64,000 nucleotides of DNA from the human T2T-CHM13v2.0 reference genome, Homo sapiens: assembly GCF_009914755.1 (NCBI RefSeq), contig NC_060927.1; one strand, written 5' to 3'. The notes under the pieces were generated by a model, which was not told the DNA's origin, ran no database searches, and saw nothing but the letters and a program-made list of their open reading frames with translations. The stretch's first letter is position 1. Every line of letters starts with the position of its first letter. The translations under genes were made by a program, and so were the position numbers. Shown here in pieces: positions 1 through 11,359 of this stretch.

Positions 1-604
1 AGAACATTTGGTCAGTTTACAGTCCAGCTGTTGACAGATGCAGGTTACATGGGGAAAGTTATCCTTCTGTAATATTTACTCTCTTAAATTCACACTAGGC
101 TCCTGTGACAGTGAAATACTATGAACTGACTTCTTATACTGAGGTTAAAAGACAATCCAGAATGCTGCACTGGAAAGCTGATCTCATGTTTTACCCGCGC
201 TTTATTTCATTCTTTCCGGAGTTAATTTTCATCTGCCATGAATCTGCCTCTTCATTCACTCCGGTGGAGTCCATCTGGAGTTCCTTTAGATTATCTGTGT
301 GTTGATTTCCCCTCCCATCAAATCAAGGTAAGTTAGCATCATCAGAAACCTTCTCAATTATCATCTTTCACCTTACTTCAGATTTTGAGATGCCTACAGA
401 ATTCAGAAGTCCTGAAACTAGTCATGCTTGCCTGAAAGACTTTTTGCATGTAATCTTTAGTGTTATTATTATGTATTGTCTTATTTTTTAGCATGTGATA
501 TGCATGGAGGTGTGTGGTGGTGTATGTGTATAGGCTTGTATTTTAATACACACTATGGTTGACCTTAAACAGGATTTGAGTTGCAAATAGAACAGTTTAT
601 AGAA

Positions 605-850
605 GGCAATATGACTTAGTGGTTAAATGTATGACTTTGGGGTCAGAACACATAGGTGTAAACGATGACTCTGCCATTTACTGAGTTTGCTTCTTTAGCC
701 AGCTACCTTTGCTGTTCAAGACTCAATTTCTCCTTCCTTAAAATAGTGATTAAGATACAGTCTTTTCTGTAGGCTTTTTGATGGAGTTTAATGAGATCTT
801 GCAAATAAGATCCTTAGCATGGTGCTTGCCAGGTATTAAATGCTCAGAAT
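605..850 (+). mobile_element. MIR SINE remnant
   Basis: Degenerate MIR core: tagtggttaa...actctgccatttact...ctcaatttctcc...aaaatagtgat...cttagcatggtgc. Confidence 0.7.
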
Positions 851-3029
851 TTCATCTTTTATTCTTTATCTTGATAAAGATGTTGAGCAAATGTTCAGGA
901 AAATTCCAACTCAAATAGAAATATGATTATATTGCTTAAAAGGAAATTGACATGTCTGACATTATGGATATAAATTTAAGGTCCTTGCCCTTAAGCAACA
1001 CAGAATATAGGGAGGATATAGTAAAACAAAGGATTATATCACAGTTGACTAACTATGATGGGTAAAGATGTGGCCAAGACAGTATGAAAAAGCAGGGGTG
1101 CCTTCCCTCCATGTTGGCAAGAAAAGAATAAAGAGAAGGCTTTTTGGAGGAAGCAAGGTCTAGCTTTTAGTTCTTAATGGTGGGCAAGGAGTTCACAAAG
1201 TGAAGGGATAATTATTCTAGGTACAGACGTAAAAAGAATAAGATAATCTAAAAAATACAACCAAACTAAGCACAAACAAACAAAAAACTTAAAAGGCTAG
1301 ATTATGTCACAGGAACTGAACTTGATTTCTGGCATAAATTTGTATGACATCAGAACCTGGTTGAGGAATTAAATAGCTCATTGGGCAGCTCTCATTTAGG
1401 CAGTGCTAAGAATATCCGGTTTAACTTCTGCCCTTGTACAAAATTTAGTAAAATAATAGTGGCTGTTATTTATTGAATACTCACTATAGACCAAACACTG
1501 AAGTTGGATACTTTATAACCATTGTCCTCTTCAAATATATTTTATCTATTTTAAGCTAAGTACAGTAAGCATGCCACCACTGTACAAACCTGTGTAGCAA
1601 CTATGAGGAATGTTAAACAGAGTTTGAATTCCCAACCCCCTTTATTCTGTCCGGGTTATTTTTATTATGAGGATTAGAATTTCATATCTAAAGAATCCAC
1701 TCACTGCTGCTACAACTTAGTTTCTTGATATGGCAATATTTAATAGCTTTGAGATTCAAAACAAAGTTATTACCAGTCTGTAACTTTCCTAAATGTCAAC
1801 AACAAAACTTACAACTTGTTAACAGCTTATGGAGTTTGAAATTTTACGTACCTTATTTTCTAGCTGTCATTCCTTTCCCTTCAAGGAACAGCACAGATAG
1901 TTAACTTTCTGTAAGAGTTTCTCGACACAGGTGGCCTCCAAAGAAAGCCATAAAAGGCTGTCAACCTTCTATGTGGAGAACCCTACAAAGTACTAGAGAA
2001 ACAAGACAAAGTAGTGGAGGGTCCCTATTTCTCCTTTTTACGGAAGACGATTTTTAGGATTGAGTAAGAGCTTCTAACCCTGAAGTTAAGCTCTTTAGTG
2101 AGAGCGTAGGCTCTGTAGGAAATGTAAGGAGCTCTGATGACCATGCCTAACCCCTGGTTAGAATTGCTTCTTTTGAATGCTACCATGCCTGTCAGGCGTA
2201 GAGATGGTTCTTAGATTCATTATCTGTAGAAAAGAAAAGTGTGCCTCTTTGTAGGTATTGACCCCCTCTTGCTCACTTGCTTCCAGTGATCACAATGGAC
2301 TTGCCAGTGCTAACTAACTGTGCCCCATCTAAAAGGTTTAACTGTGATGAATTGAGCTAATAAACATTTAACTGAATGATGCAGCTACTGTTTGAATTGT
2401 CTTGATGGGACATTCCTGCTTTCCCATATATCTCCACTTCTTAACATAAAACACTGAACACCCCCAGAGACCCAACTCCTGTTACTTTTGGTTAGTTGAC
2501 AGTTTTTCTTCTGAAATCTGGATTTCTGTGTGTCTTATAGCAAAGAACATTGAGAGGGAGATCATCTAAAATGAATAGTAAATATCTAGCTACTCATGCC
2601 TTACCATAGAAGCCATTACCAATTGATTATTGTACTCTTTTTTGCTGACCTACAAATCCTTCTCATCTTCTTGCTCCAGACAGCACTATCGATGACAGAG
2701 AATTAGCAGGTGAGATGAAACCTGTTGGTCCTATGCACCATTGTCATATTTTCCATGCTTCAGGGAATCAAGTGTAATTAAGCAAGAAGACTTAAATTCA
2801 TCTGATATTGTGAGAAGAAAAAAGTGTATGTGTAGATATGTATATGTTTGTTCAGTGTGTATTAACATGCATTTGAGGGAGAGAGAGAGGAATATTAGTT
2901 GATTATATACAGGCAATCAAAATAACTATGTATAGAGTTTTCATAATCTATAATACATTCAGTTAGTACATTGTAGAAAGTAATGCATTTGTAATATCCT
3001 TCCATTACCAAGTTTTATTATAAATAACA

Positions 3030-3240
3030 TTTGATAGATCAATAGGGTGACTATAGTTAACATTAATCTATTGGACATTTAAAAATAGCTGGAAGAGAAT
3101 AATCAAATGTTCCTAGCATAAAGAAAAGATAAATATTTAAGGTGATGGATGCCCTAACTATCCCAATTTGCTTATACAGATGTATCAAATTATCACATGT
3201 ATAGGGAAAATATGTACAGATGTTAAGTATCAATTAAAAT
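3030..3240 (+). mobile_element. L1MA-type LINE-1 3' UTR end fragment
   Basis: atagggtgactatagttaac...aaatagctggaagag...aaggtgatggat...gtatcaattaaaat resembles L1MA 3' termini. Confidence 0.75.
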
Positions 3241-5862
3241 AGATAAATCAATTAAATGAAATACACTCACAAAACCCATTTTCTGTATCCTTACAAAAAT
3301 TAGCCGGCAGTACCTGCACAAGTTTATGGTCAGAAGCTAAACATTTTTGTGGGGTTTGAACATGGGAAATAGTTCACATTGATTTGAATGTCATGCCAAA
3401 CCTAGGCAATAATTTGTACTTTTCATCATTGTATGAGAAACAAAAATGTGAGTTAAAAGGAAAGTCCTTATATCCCTATGCTCTGTAACTGAATAGAATT
3501 TGTCTCTCCTTTAATTTTGTATTTCATCCAGAGTAGTGTAGAAAGTCTCACCATCTCTTCATGTCATTTCAATTTGCCAAGAGCTTTTTAAAAAATGTGC
3601 TCTTACACAATCTTAGATGAGTTGAGCATCTTATTTCTGGCACAGATTTCCTAAGTCTCCATTAGACTTATTTACCAATTGCTCAGTTTTCAGGCAGGGG
3701 CACCTAAAGTTTGGGTTAATTCAACCAAGTTCTACTAGATAAAAAATTAAAAAGACAATTTTGTTTCTTGTTCTTCAGGGGAAGATATTTTTCTTGCTTT
3801 GGGAACAGCCGTATTATATTCCCTTAATGTTTCTTTTTAAAAAGTTTACAGCAATTTCAACAGCTTCTCCTTTCTTCTGAAAATACTTTGTAAATAGAAA
3901 TAAGAGTAATGAAATTAGTCATCCCTGTGATAGAGATTTTTCTTTGGGTCTTTTGCTTTATCTTTCATTATTCAAACTTTATCATGCTTACATATGGCAT
4001 TAAACAAAATATAATTTTCCTCTAATGTTGAATAGGCAGATGTGTGAATTTCAGTATCTTTTCGATAAATGATTTCAAGAAAACAGATTGTCCTGGAAAA
4101 ATGATATTTGCCCATACATTGTATTAGAAAGTGATTTTTCATCTGACCAGTGGTTATACTCTATCGATGGAAATTAGAGCCATTTTGAAAAATACTTTCC
4201 GTTAACTTCCCAGGCATTTTGAATTGTGTTTACTGTGATTCCATATAAATTCTTAAATGGTAAAATTATTAACTTGGAATTTTCGGACTGAGAGGCAATC
4301 ATTAATATCTGCTTGTGAGACTTTGAAAAGAAGTTATTTAGAAAGTCAGTCTGAATATTAGCACACATTCAAAAGTGACTCCCTGGCCAATTTAAATACT
4401 CTCAAAAACAAACTTAAAGTCTCTTTTTACCCTAGAATGTCTGGAAAGCTGACCATGTTATTGGTTTTAGAGAGAAAGAGAAGGAAATTATATCTGAGAA
4501 AGTGAACCACCTCTTGTACTTGCTTCTTGGAGGCCAGAGAATTTAGAAGATGCACAGCTAGAGGCTGGGAGGAAGACAAGTTGGGTAAAAGAAATGGAAC
4601 CATAAGAATCTTAACATGTCTCTTACTGTAGAAACATATGGAGCCAATCACAGATCTTGCCACAGGGGCTAAAAATTAGCATTTGTGTGAGACAAATGTA
4701 GTATGTCTCTTTTTATATTATTAAGGAGTTGTATGGGGATTTTTTTCCTGCATTTCCAGTGTTTTTAATTGAATGCTAGGAAAAGGGTTCACAGTAAGAT
4801 GCTTTCTCCATGTTCATCTTTAATTACCCCTTCTTACTCCTCACAAAATAAATTTGTTTGGCTTGAAAGTAAAGTTAATGGTAGTAATGGCACTAACAAC
4901 ATCCTGGCTGCTAAAATATCTGTTTACAGAGAATCATGTGAAATATTTAGGGAAAAATGGCTTTTGTTATAAATAAAATCCAGTGGAATTTTAGAACACT
5001 TTGGTGATAACTATAATTCTGTACATGTTTTCACATTGGAATTACATTTTACACAGGCATCCTAAAGTTAGTGTGTAAGTGAAAAAAATCTCACCCCAAC
5101 ATATTTCCTCTTTTAAAAAAATCCTGTTTAATTTCAAGACCTTCATGCTCTGAATGTCACTTTCACCCCAGCATGAGCTAAGCCATGGAAGATTTGTATC
5201 TTTTGACTTACCTGACTCTGAGTCACACACTCAATGAGTGAATGATGACTGAACAAGTCACTGATATATTTTTTAAATGTGTCCCAGAATGTAGAATTTC
5301 TATTAGTTAAATGTACATATGATGTTTCATTTATCCCCTTTAAAGTACACAATTAAATAATGATACTACAATACAAATTGTTTATATTTATGTAACAGGA
5401 TTAATTTTTACCCGTTATTAATGCAATAGAGACAGTGCTATTAAGCAATTGCTTACATGTCTTGACCCACTTACTACAATTTGTATCTGACCTCCAAATC
5501 CTTGGGCAGTTTTACCTGCTGTTGTCCATTGTTATTCTATCTCAGCTATCTATAATGAGACGCTATCTGCAAGCAGCTCAAAACTGCCTACAGAGTGAAG
5601 AGGTCTTCAGTGATCAGTAACTCTGCAGACAATAGGATTTGCTCTTTATTTTACATATCTTAGCCACATTATCAAATAGTAAAATATATGTATATGATCT
5701 AGTCCATAGACATATGAGAAAATAAAATTTGAAATATCAAAAGATAATTCAGAATAAAGAAAATAGGTCATATTTGAGATAGAGTACTTTCAGAATTTGC
5801 ACTCATTTGTTATGTAGGACATAAAAATTGGTTAAATAGAAGGAGGTAAATAACATTAATAT

Positions 5863-6325
5863 AAGTGGTAGGTTATTAGAGTAATTGTTCCCAATATGTC
5901 ACACCTCCCTGTCTTCACATGCTTGTGTAGCTCACTCCTGTGTTTACTCCAAACTTGGCCTTATGACTTGCTTTAGTCAATAAGACATTAACAAATATGA
6001 CACAAGCAAAGGCTCAAATAGGACTGATGTATTGTGACCAGCTCTCTTGTAGCATTGGCACCACGTGAAGAAGCCCAGGCTAAAATGTCAAAGACACATA
6101 TCCCAAATGACATCTAGCACTAACCTCCAGACAAAAAGGTAGGGTCATTTTGTACCATCAAGCCTCAGTTGAACTGCCAGTTGAGGAAAGCCATATGAAC
6201 GAACCAAGGCAAGACAAGCAGAAGAACCACCAGCTGAACTCAGCCCAAATTGCTGGTCATGTGTTAATTAATGGCAACTAAAATCATTAAGTTTTGGGAC
6301 TATAAGTTGCACAACAATAGATTAT
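5863..6325 (+). mobile_element. MLT1 (ERVL-MaLR) solo LTR, MLT1H-like
   Basis: tgacttgctttagtcaata...gcagaagaaccaccagctgaactcagcccaaattgc...aagttttggg...caatagatta. Confidence 0.6.
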
Positions 6326-6637
6326 GGAGGAGTAAACATGTATTTCAAATAAGTTTTCTTTCTTCCTCTTTTTTAAAATTTCATGTAAAAAAAGTAGAAG
6401 GATAGGTAGAACAAGCCTGATGCAGGGGATTGATGATGTCATCTAGGGGCTTTCTATCTTTAATATCTTAGTTTTCTGTTTACAACATAGGGACTGCTCT
6501 GCCTTCATCTGTGTCCAGGGAAGGATGGAGGGAAAATAGCTTTATGTACTGCTCCTGTTCTATTCATTGTAAACGCAGAACACTGTCAGAGATCCTTTCC
6601 AGACTTCTGCTGTATGTTATTAGGAAGGAGTGTGTCA

Positions 6638-7043
<406 letters not shown>

Positions 7044-7279
7044 TTATCCGGTCCACAGTGTTAGATAAGTTTCCTTTCTTCTCACATTGCTTTTATTTTC
7101 TCATTATTACTTGAAACCCTAAATAAAAGACATAGGATACATCTGAATTTATATATATTCATTATTTAGGCAACATTCCTTTAAGCCTCAGTTTTCTGGT
7201 TTCTTCATAGTTATAACCTTGAGTCTTCAATAAAGCGAGTGAGTTAATATTTACACAATATATAGTAGAATATCTAGCA

Positions 7280-7390
7280 CCAGGAAAGCTGAGACCATAT
7301 CTGTTTTGTTTACTTCTACGTGTCCAGCACTGTGTAGAGTGGTTGGCAAATAGGAGGAACTATAAAATGAATGAATGATGACAGAATGAC
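7280..7390 (+). mobile_element. L2 3' end fragment
   Basis: gagaccatatctgttttgttt...ccagcac...ggcaaataggagg...atgaatgaatga. Confidence 0.6.
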
Positions 7391-8539
7391 TGCATGACTC
7401 TCTGACTTAATAGACAAGTACTAGCTGCCTTTCTTTCAACTATATTTTATCATTTTTAGGTATAGACCAGGTGCAATATAAATACAAATTATATTTCTGA
7501 GTTTTCAGAGGTTAGCAAAATGCCCAGCACATAACGTATAGTCAACAAGTATTTGTTGATGATGATGTTGATGATAAATAAGGCTAGCATCTTATAGTAA
7601 TTGTACTGAATGATTTTATTTTTCCTCCAAGAAAAGAGTTAAATTTTAAAATAGAATGAATTGTATCCTCCTCTGGTTGTTTGATTTATGTATATTTTAG
7701 AATCAGAATCTTGAAAAACCTTGTTCAACTTTGAAATACCAGGACAAATGTTCACCATGTGCTGCACGAAGCTTAAAGCATTTAATATAACTGGACCTCT
7801 GTAGCACACTGCTTTTCTTTCTTAAACAACATAAATTTGCTGAGCTAGACCTTAGAGAACTATGATTTGTTGACATGAATTCAACATGATCCCAACCTGC
7901 ATAGTAAGAATGTTTTGATTTCTTTGCCAACTTTGATTCCTTTGCCAAGTTTTGTGGAACATGTTTTTGGTCTTGGCAAACTCCTGCATATTAGCTATCC
8001 CATTCCTTCTAATTTCCAGAGACAGACATTAATTATTTTCCTTTGCACTCCTGGGAGTTAAACATATGAAATTACTAGACAATGCCAGTAAATTATTTTC
8101 CCTGAGAAATATTAAGTTGGGATGGATTGAGAATTTCTGAAAGTTGGAGACTTGGTCTCAGTGATTCACTCTCAGCTGGTGTTTGTCAGTTTATTGTTTC
8201 ACTCAGTCACAATAAACATAAGTAAGTTGAACTGTTAAAGTTGTCCATAAAGACATAAAAGATGTTTTTCCATTTTTATTCACAAGAAGTACCTTCTTGA
8301 TGAAAACTCTAGGTGAATGTGGAAATCTGCATTGTTGGATTTAAGGAGAAAAAAACTGAAACACTGAGAACATGAACTAGAGAAAATATTAAGATAAAAA
8401 CAAAGGGTACTGATGCCATAGAGGCTAGCTGTCCATCTGACAAATGAAGAAATGATGTGACTTGTATAAACAAGGAGCTCTCAATTTTGCCACAAAATTG
8501 TGTTGCAAAACTTGACCTGTTCGTTGATTTTTTAAAAAG

Positions 8540-8600
8540 TGTATTCATTTATGTATTCATTGAGTTTTTTTTTAATAATTCAGTATATATAAATGTTATT
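8540..8600 (-). mobile_element. L2 3' end, left half (continues at ~14967-15030 after the L1 insertion)
   Basis: tattcatttatgtattcatt here joins tttatttagttgatactatgtgctggg...acacagcagtgaacaa after the L1, together matching the antisense L2 terminus. Confidence 0.5.
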
Positions 8601-8604
8601 TTAC

Positions 8605-11027
8605 TTATTTTTTTTAACTTTTGAGTTTGGAGATATATGTGAAGGTTTGTTAAATAGGTAAACACATGTCACAAGGGTTTGTTGTACGTATTATTTCATC
8701 ACCCAAGTATTAAGCTTAGTACCCAACAGTTATCTTTTTTCTGCTCTTCTCCCTGTTTCCACTCTCCCTGCTCAAGTAGACCCTTGTGTCTGTTGTTTTG
8801 TGCTTTGTGTTCGTAAGTTCTTCCCATTTAGCTCCCACTTATAAGTGAGAACATGTGGTATTTGGTTTTCTGTTCCTGTGTTAGTTTGCTAAGGATAACA
8901 GCCTCCAGCTCTATCCATGTTCCCGCAAAAGGCATCACCTCATTCTTATTTATGGCTGCATAGTATTCCATCGTGTATATGTACCACATTTTCTTTAGTG
9001 GATCTGTCATTGGTTGCATTTAGGTTGATTCTATTTCTTTGCTATTGTGAATAGTGCTGTAATGAACATTCTTGGGCATGTGTCTTTATTTTAGAATGAT
9101 TTATATTCCTCTGGGTATATACCCAGTAATGGAATCGCTGGTTGAATGCTAGTTCTGCTTTTAGCCCTTTGAGGAATCACTATAGTGCTTTCCACAGTGA
9201 TTGAACTAATTTACACTCCTACCAACAGTGTTTAAATGTTCCCTTTTCTCCACAATCTTGCCAGCATCAGTTATTTTTTGACTTTTTAATAGTAGCCATT
9301 CTAACTGGAGTGAGATGGTATCACATCGTGGTTTTGATTTGCATTTCTCTAATGATCAGTGATATTGAGCTTTATTTCATATGTTTGTTGGCTACATATA
9401 TGTCTTATTTTGAGAAGTGTCTGTTCATGTCCTTTGCCCACTTTTTAATGGAGTTGTTTGTTTTTCTCTTGTAAATTTATTTTTATCGATGCTGGATATT
9501 AGACCTTTGTCAGATGCATAGATTAGAAATATTTTCTCCCATTCTGCATGTTGTCTCTTTACTCTGTTGATATCCTTTTGCAGTATAGAAGCTCTTAAGT
9601 TTAATCAGATCCTACTTCTCAATTTTTGCTTTTGTTGCAATTGCTTTTGTTATATTTGAAATGAAATCTTTGTTTCTATGTCCAGGATAGTATTGCCTAG
9701 ATTATCTTCCAGGGTTTTTATAATTTGGAGTTTTACATTTAAATCTTTAATCCATCTTTTTTTAAAAAATTTTTTTGAGATAGAGTTTCACTCTGCCACC
9801 CAGGCTGGAGTGCAGCGGCGCTATCTCAGCTCCCTACACCTTCCACCTCCCAGGCTCAAACAATTCTCATACCTCAGCCTCCTGAGTAGCTGGGATTACA
9901 GCTACCTGCTATCATGCCCACCTAATTTTTGTATTTTTAGTGTAGACGGGGTTTCACCATGTTGGCCAGACTGGTCTTGAACTCCTGACCATAAGTGATC
10001 CACGCTCCTCAGCCTCCCACAGTGCTGGGATTACAGGCATGAGCCACTGCACCCAGCCTTTAATCCATCTTGAGTTGATTTTTGTATATGGTTTAAGGAA
10101 TGGCTCCAGCTTCAATCTTCTGCATATGGCTAGCCAGTTATTCCAGCACCATTTATTGAACACGGAGTCTTTTCCCCATTGCTTGTTTTTGTCAGCTTTG
10201 TTGAAGACAGGATGATTCTACGTGTGCGGCCTTGTTTCTGGGCTCTCTATTCTGTTCCATTGGTCTATGTGCCTGTTTGTGTACCAATTCCATGCTCTTT
10301 TGGTTATTGTAGTATAGTTTGAAGGTGGGTAGCTTGATGCCTCCAGCTTTGTTCCTTTTGATTAGGATTGCCTTGGGTATTCAGGCTTTTTTTGGTTTCA
10401 TATGAATTCTAAAATAATTTTTATAGTTCTGTGAAGAATGTCACTGGTAGTTTGATAGGAATAGCATTGAATCTGTAAATGGCTTTGGACAGTATAGCTG
10501 TTTTAATGATATTGATTCTTTCTATACATGAGCATGGGATGTTTTTCCATTTGTTTGTGACTTCTCTGATTTCTTTGAGAAATCTTTTGTAATTCTCATT
10601 GTAGAGATTTTTTACCTCCCTGGTTAGCTGTATCCCTAGGTATTTTTGTGGGTGTGTGGCAATTGTGAATGAGATTGGTTTCTGATTTGGCTCTCAGTTT
10701 GGCTGTTGTTGGTGTATAGGGATGCTAGTGATTTTTGCACATTGATTTTGCATCCTGTAACTTTGCTGAAGTTGTTTTTCAGCTGGAGCAGCTTTTGGGC
10801 TGAGACTATGGGGTTTTCTAGATAGAAAATCATGTCATTTGCAAACGGAGATAGTTTGACTTCCTCTCTTTCTTTTTGGATGCCCTTTATTTCTTTCTCT
10901 TGCCTGATTGCTCTGGCTAGGACTTTCAATACTATGTTGAATAGAAGTGATGAGAGAGGGCATCCTTGTGCTGGTTTTCAAGGAGAATGATGCTAGTTTT
11001 TGCCTATTCAGTGTACTGTTGGCTGTG
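8605..11027 (-). mobile_element. Old L1PA (roughly L1PA13-15-like), 3' segment (ORF2 RT/C-terminus plus 3' UTR) of a 5'-inverted element
   Basis: T-rich tail then L1PA 3' UTR antisense; ORF2 remnants 8828-9019 (KMWYIYTMEYY), 9954-10163 ([12 protein letters not shown]), 10636-10929 ([16 protein letters not shown]). Confidence 0.9.
9759..10058 (-). mobile_element. AluS inserted in L1
   Basis: Full antisense Alu dimer; TSD tttaatccatctt at 9746-9758 and 10059-10071. Confidence 0.95.
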
Positions 11028-11359
11028 ACCTTTACAGAACTCTTCACCCAAAAACAACACAGTATACATTCTCCTCATCACCACATGGCATGTACTCTAA
11101 AATTAACCACATAATTGGACATAAAACAATCCTCAACAAGTGTAAAAAGAACCAAAATCATATCAAACACACTCTAGGACCACAGCACAATAAAAATAAA
11201 AGTTGAGACTATGAAAATTGCTCAAAACCAAATAATTACATGGAAATTAAACAATATGTCCTGAGTGACTTTTGGGTAAATAATGAAATTAAGGCAGAAA
11301 TCAGGAAGTTCTTTGAAAATAATGAGAACAAAAATACAATATAAAATACAATATACTAG

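Noticed and set aside
2130-2400. TGATGA/CTGA motifs suggesting a C/D snoRNA
   Set aside because: No terminal stem or recognisable guide; such motifs are frequent by chance
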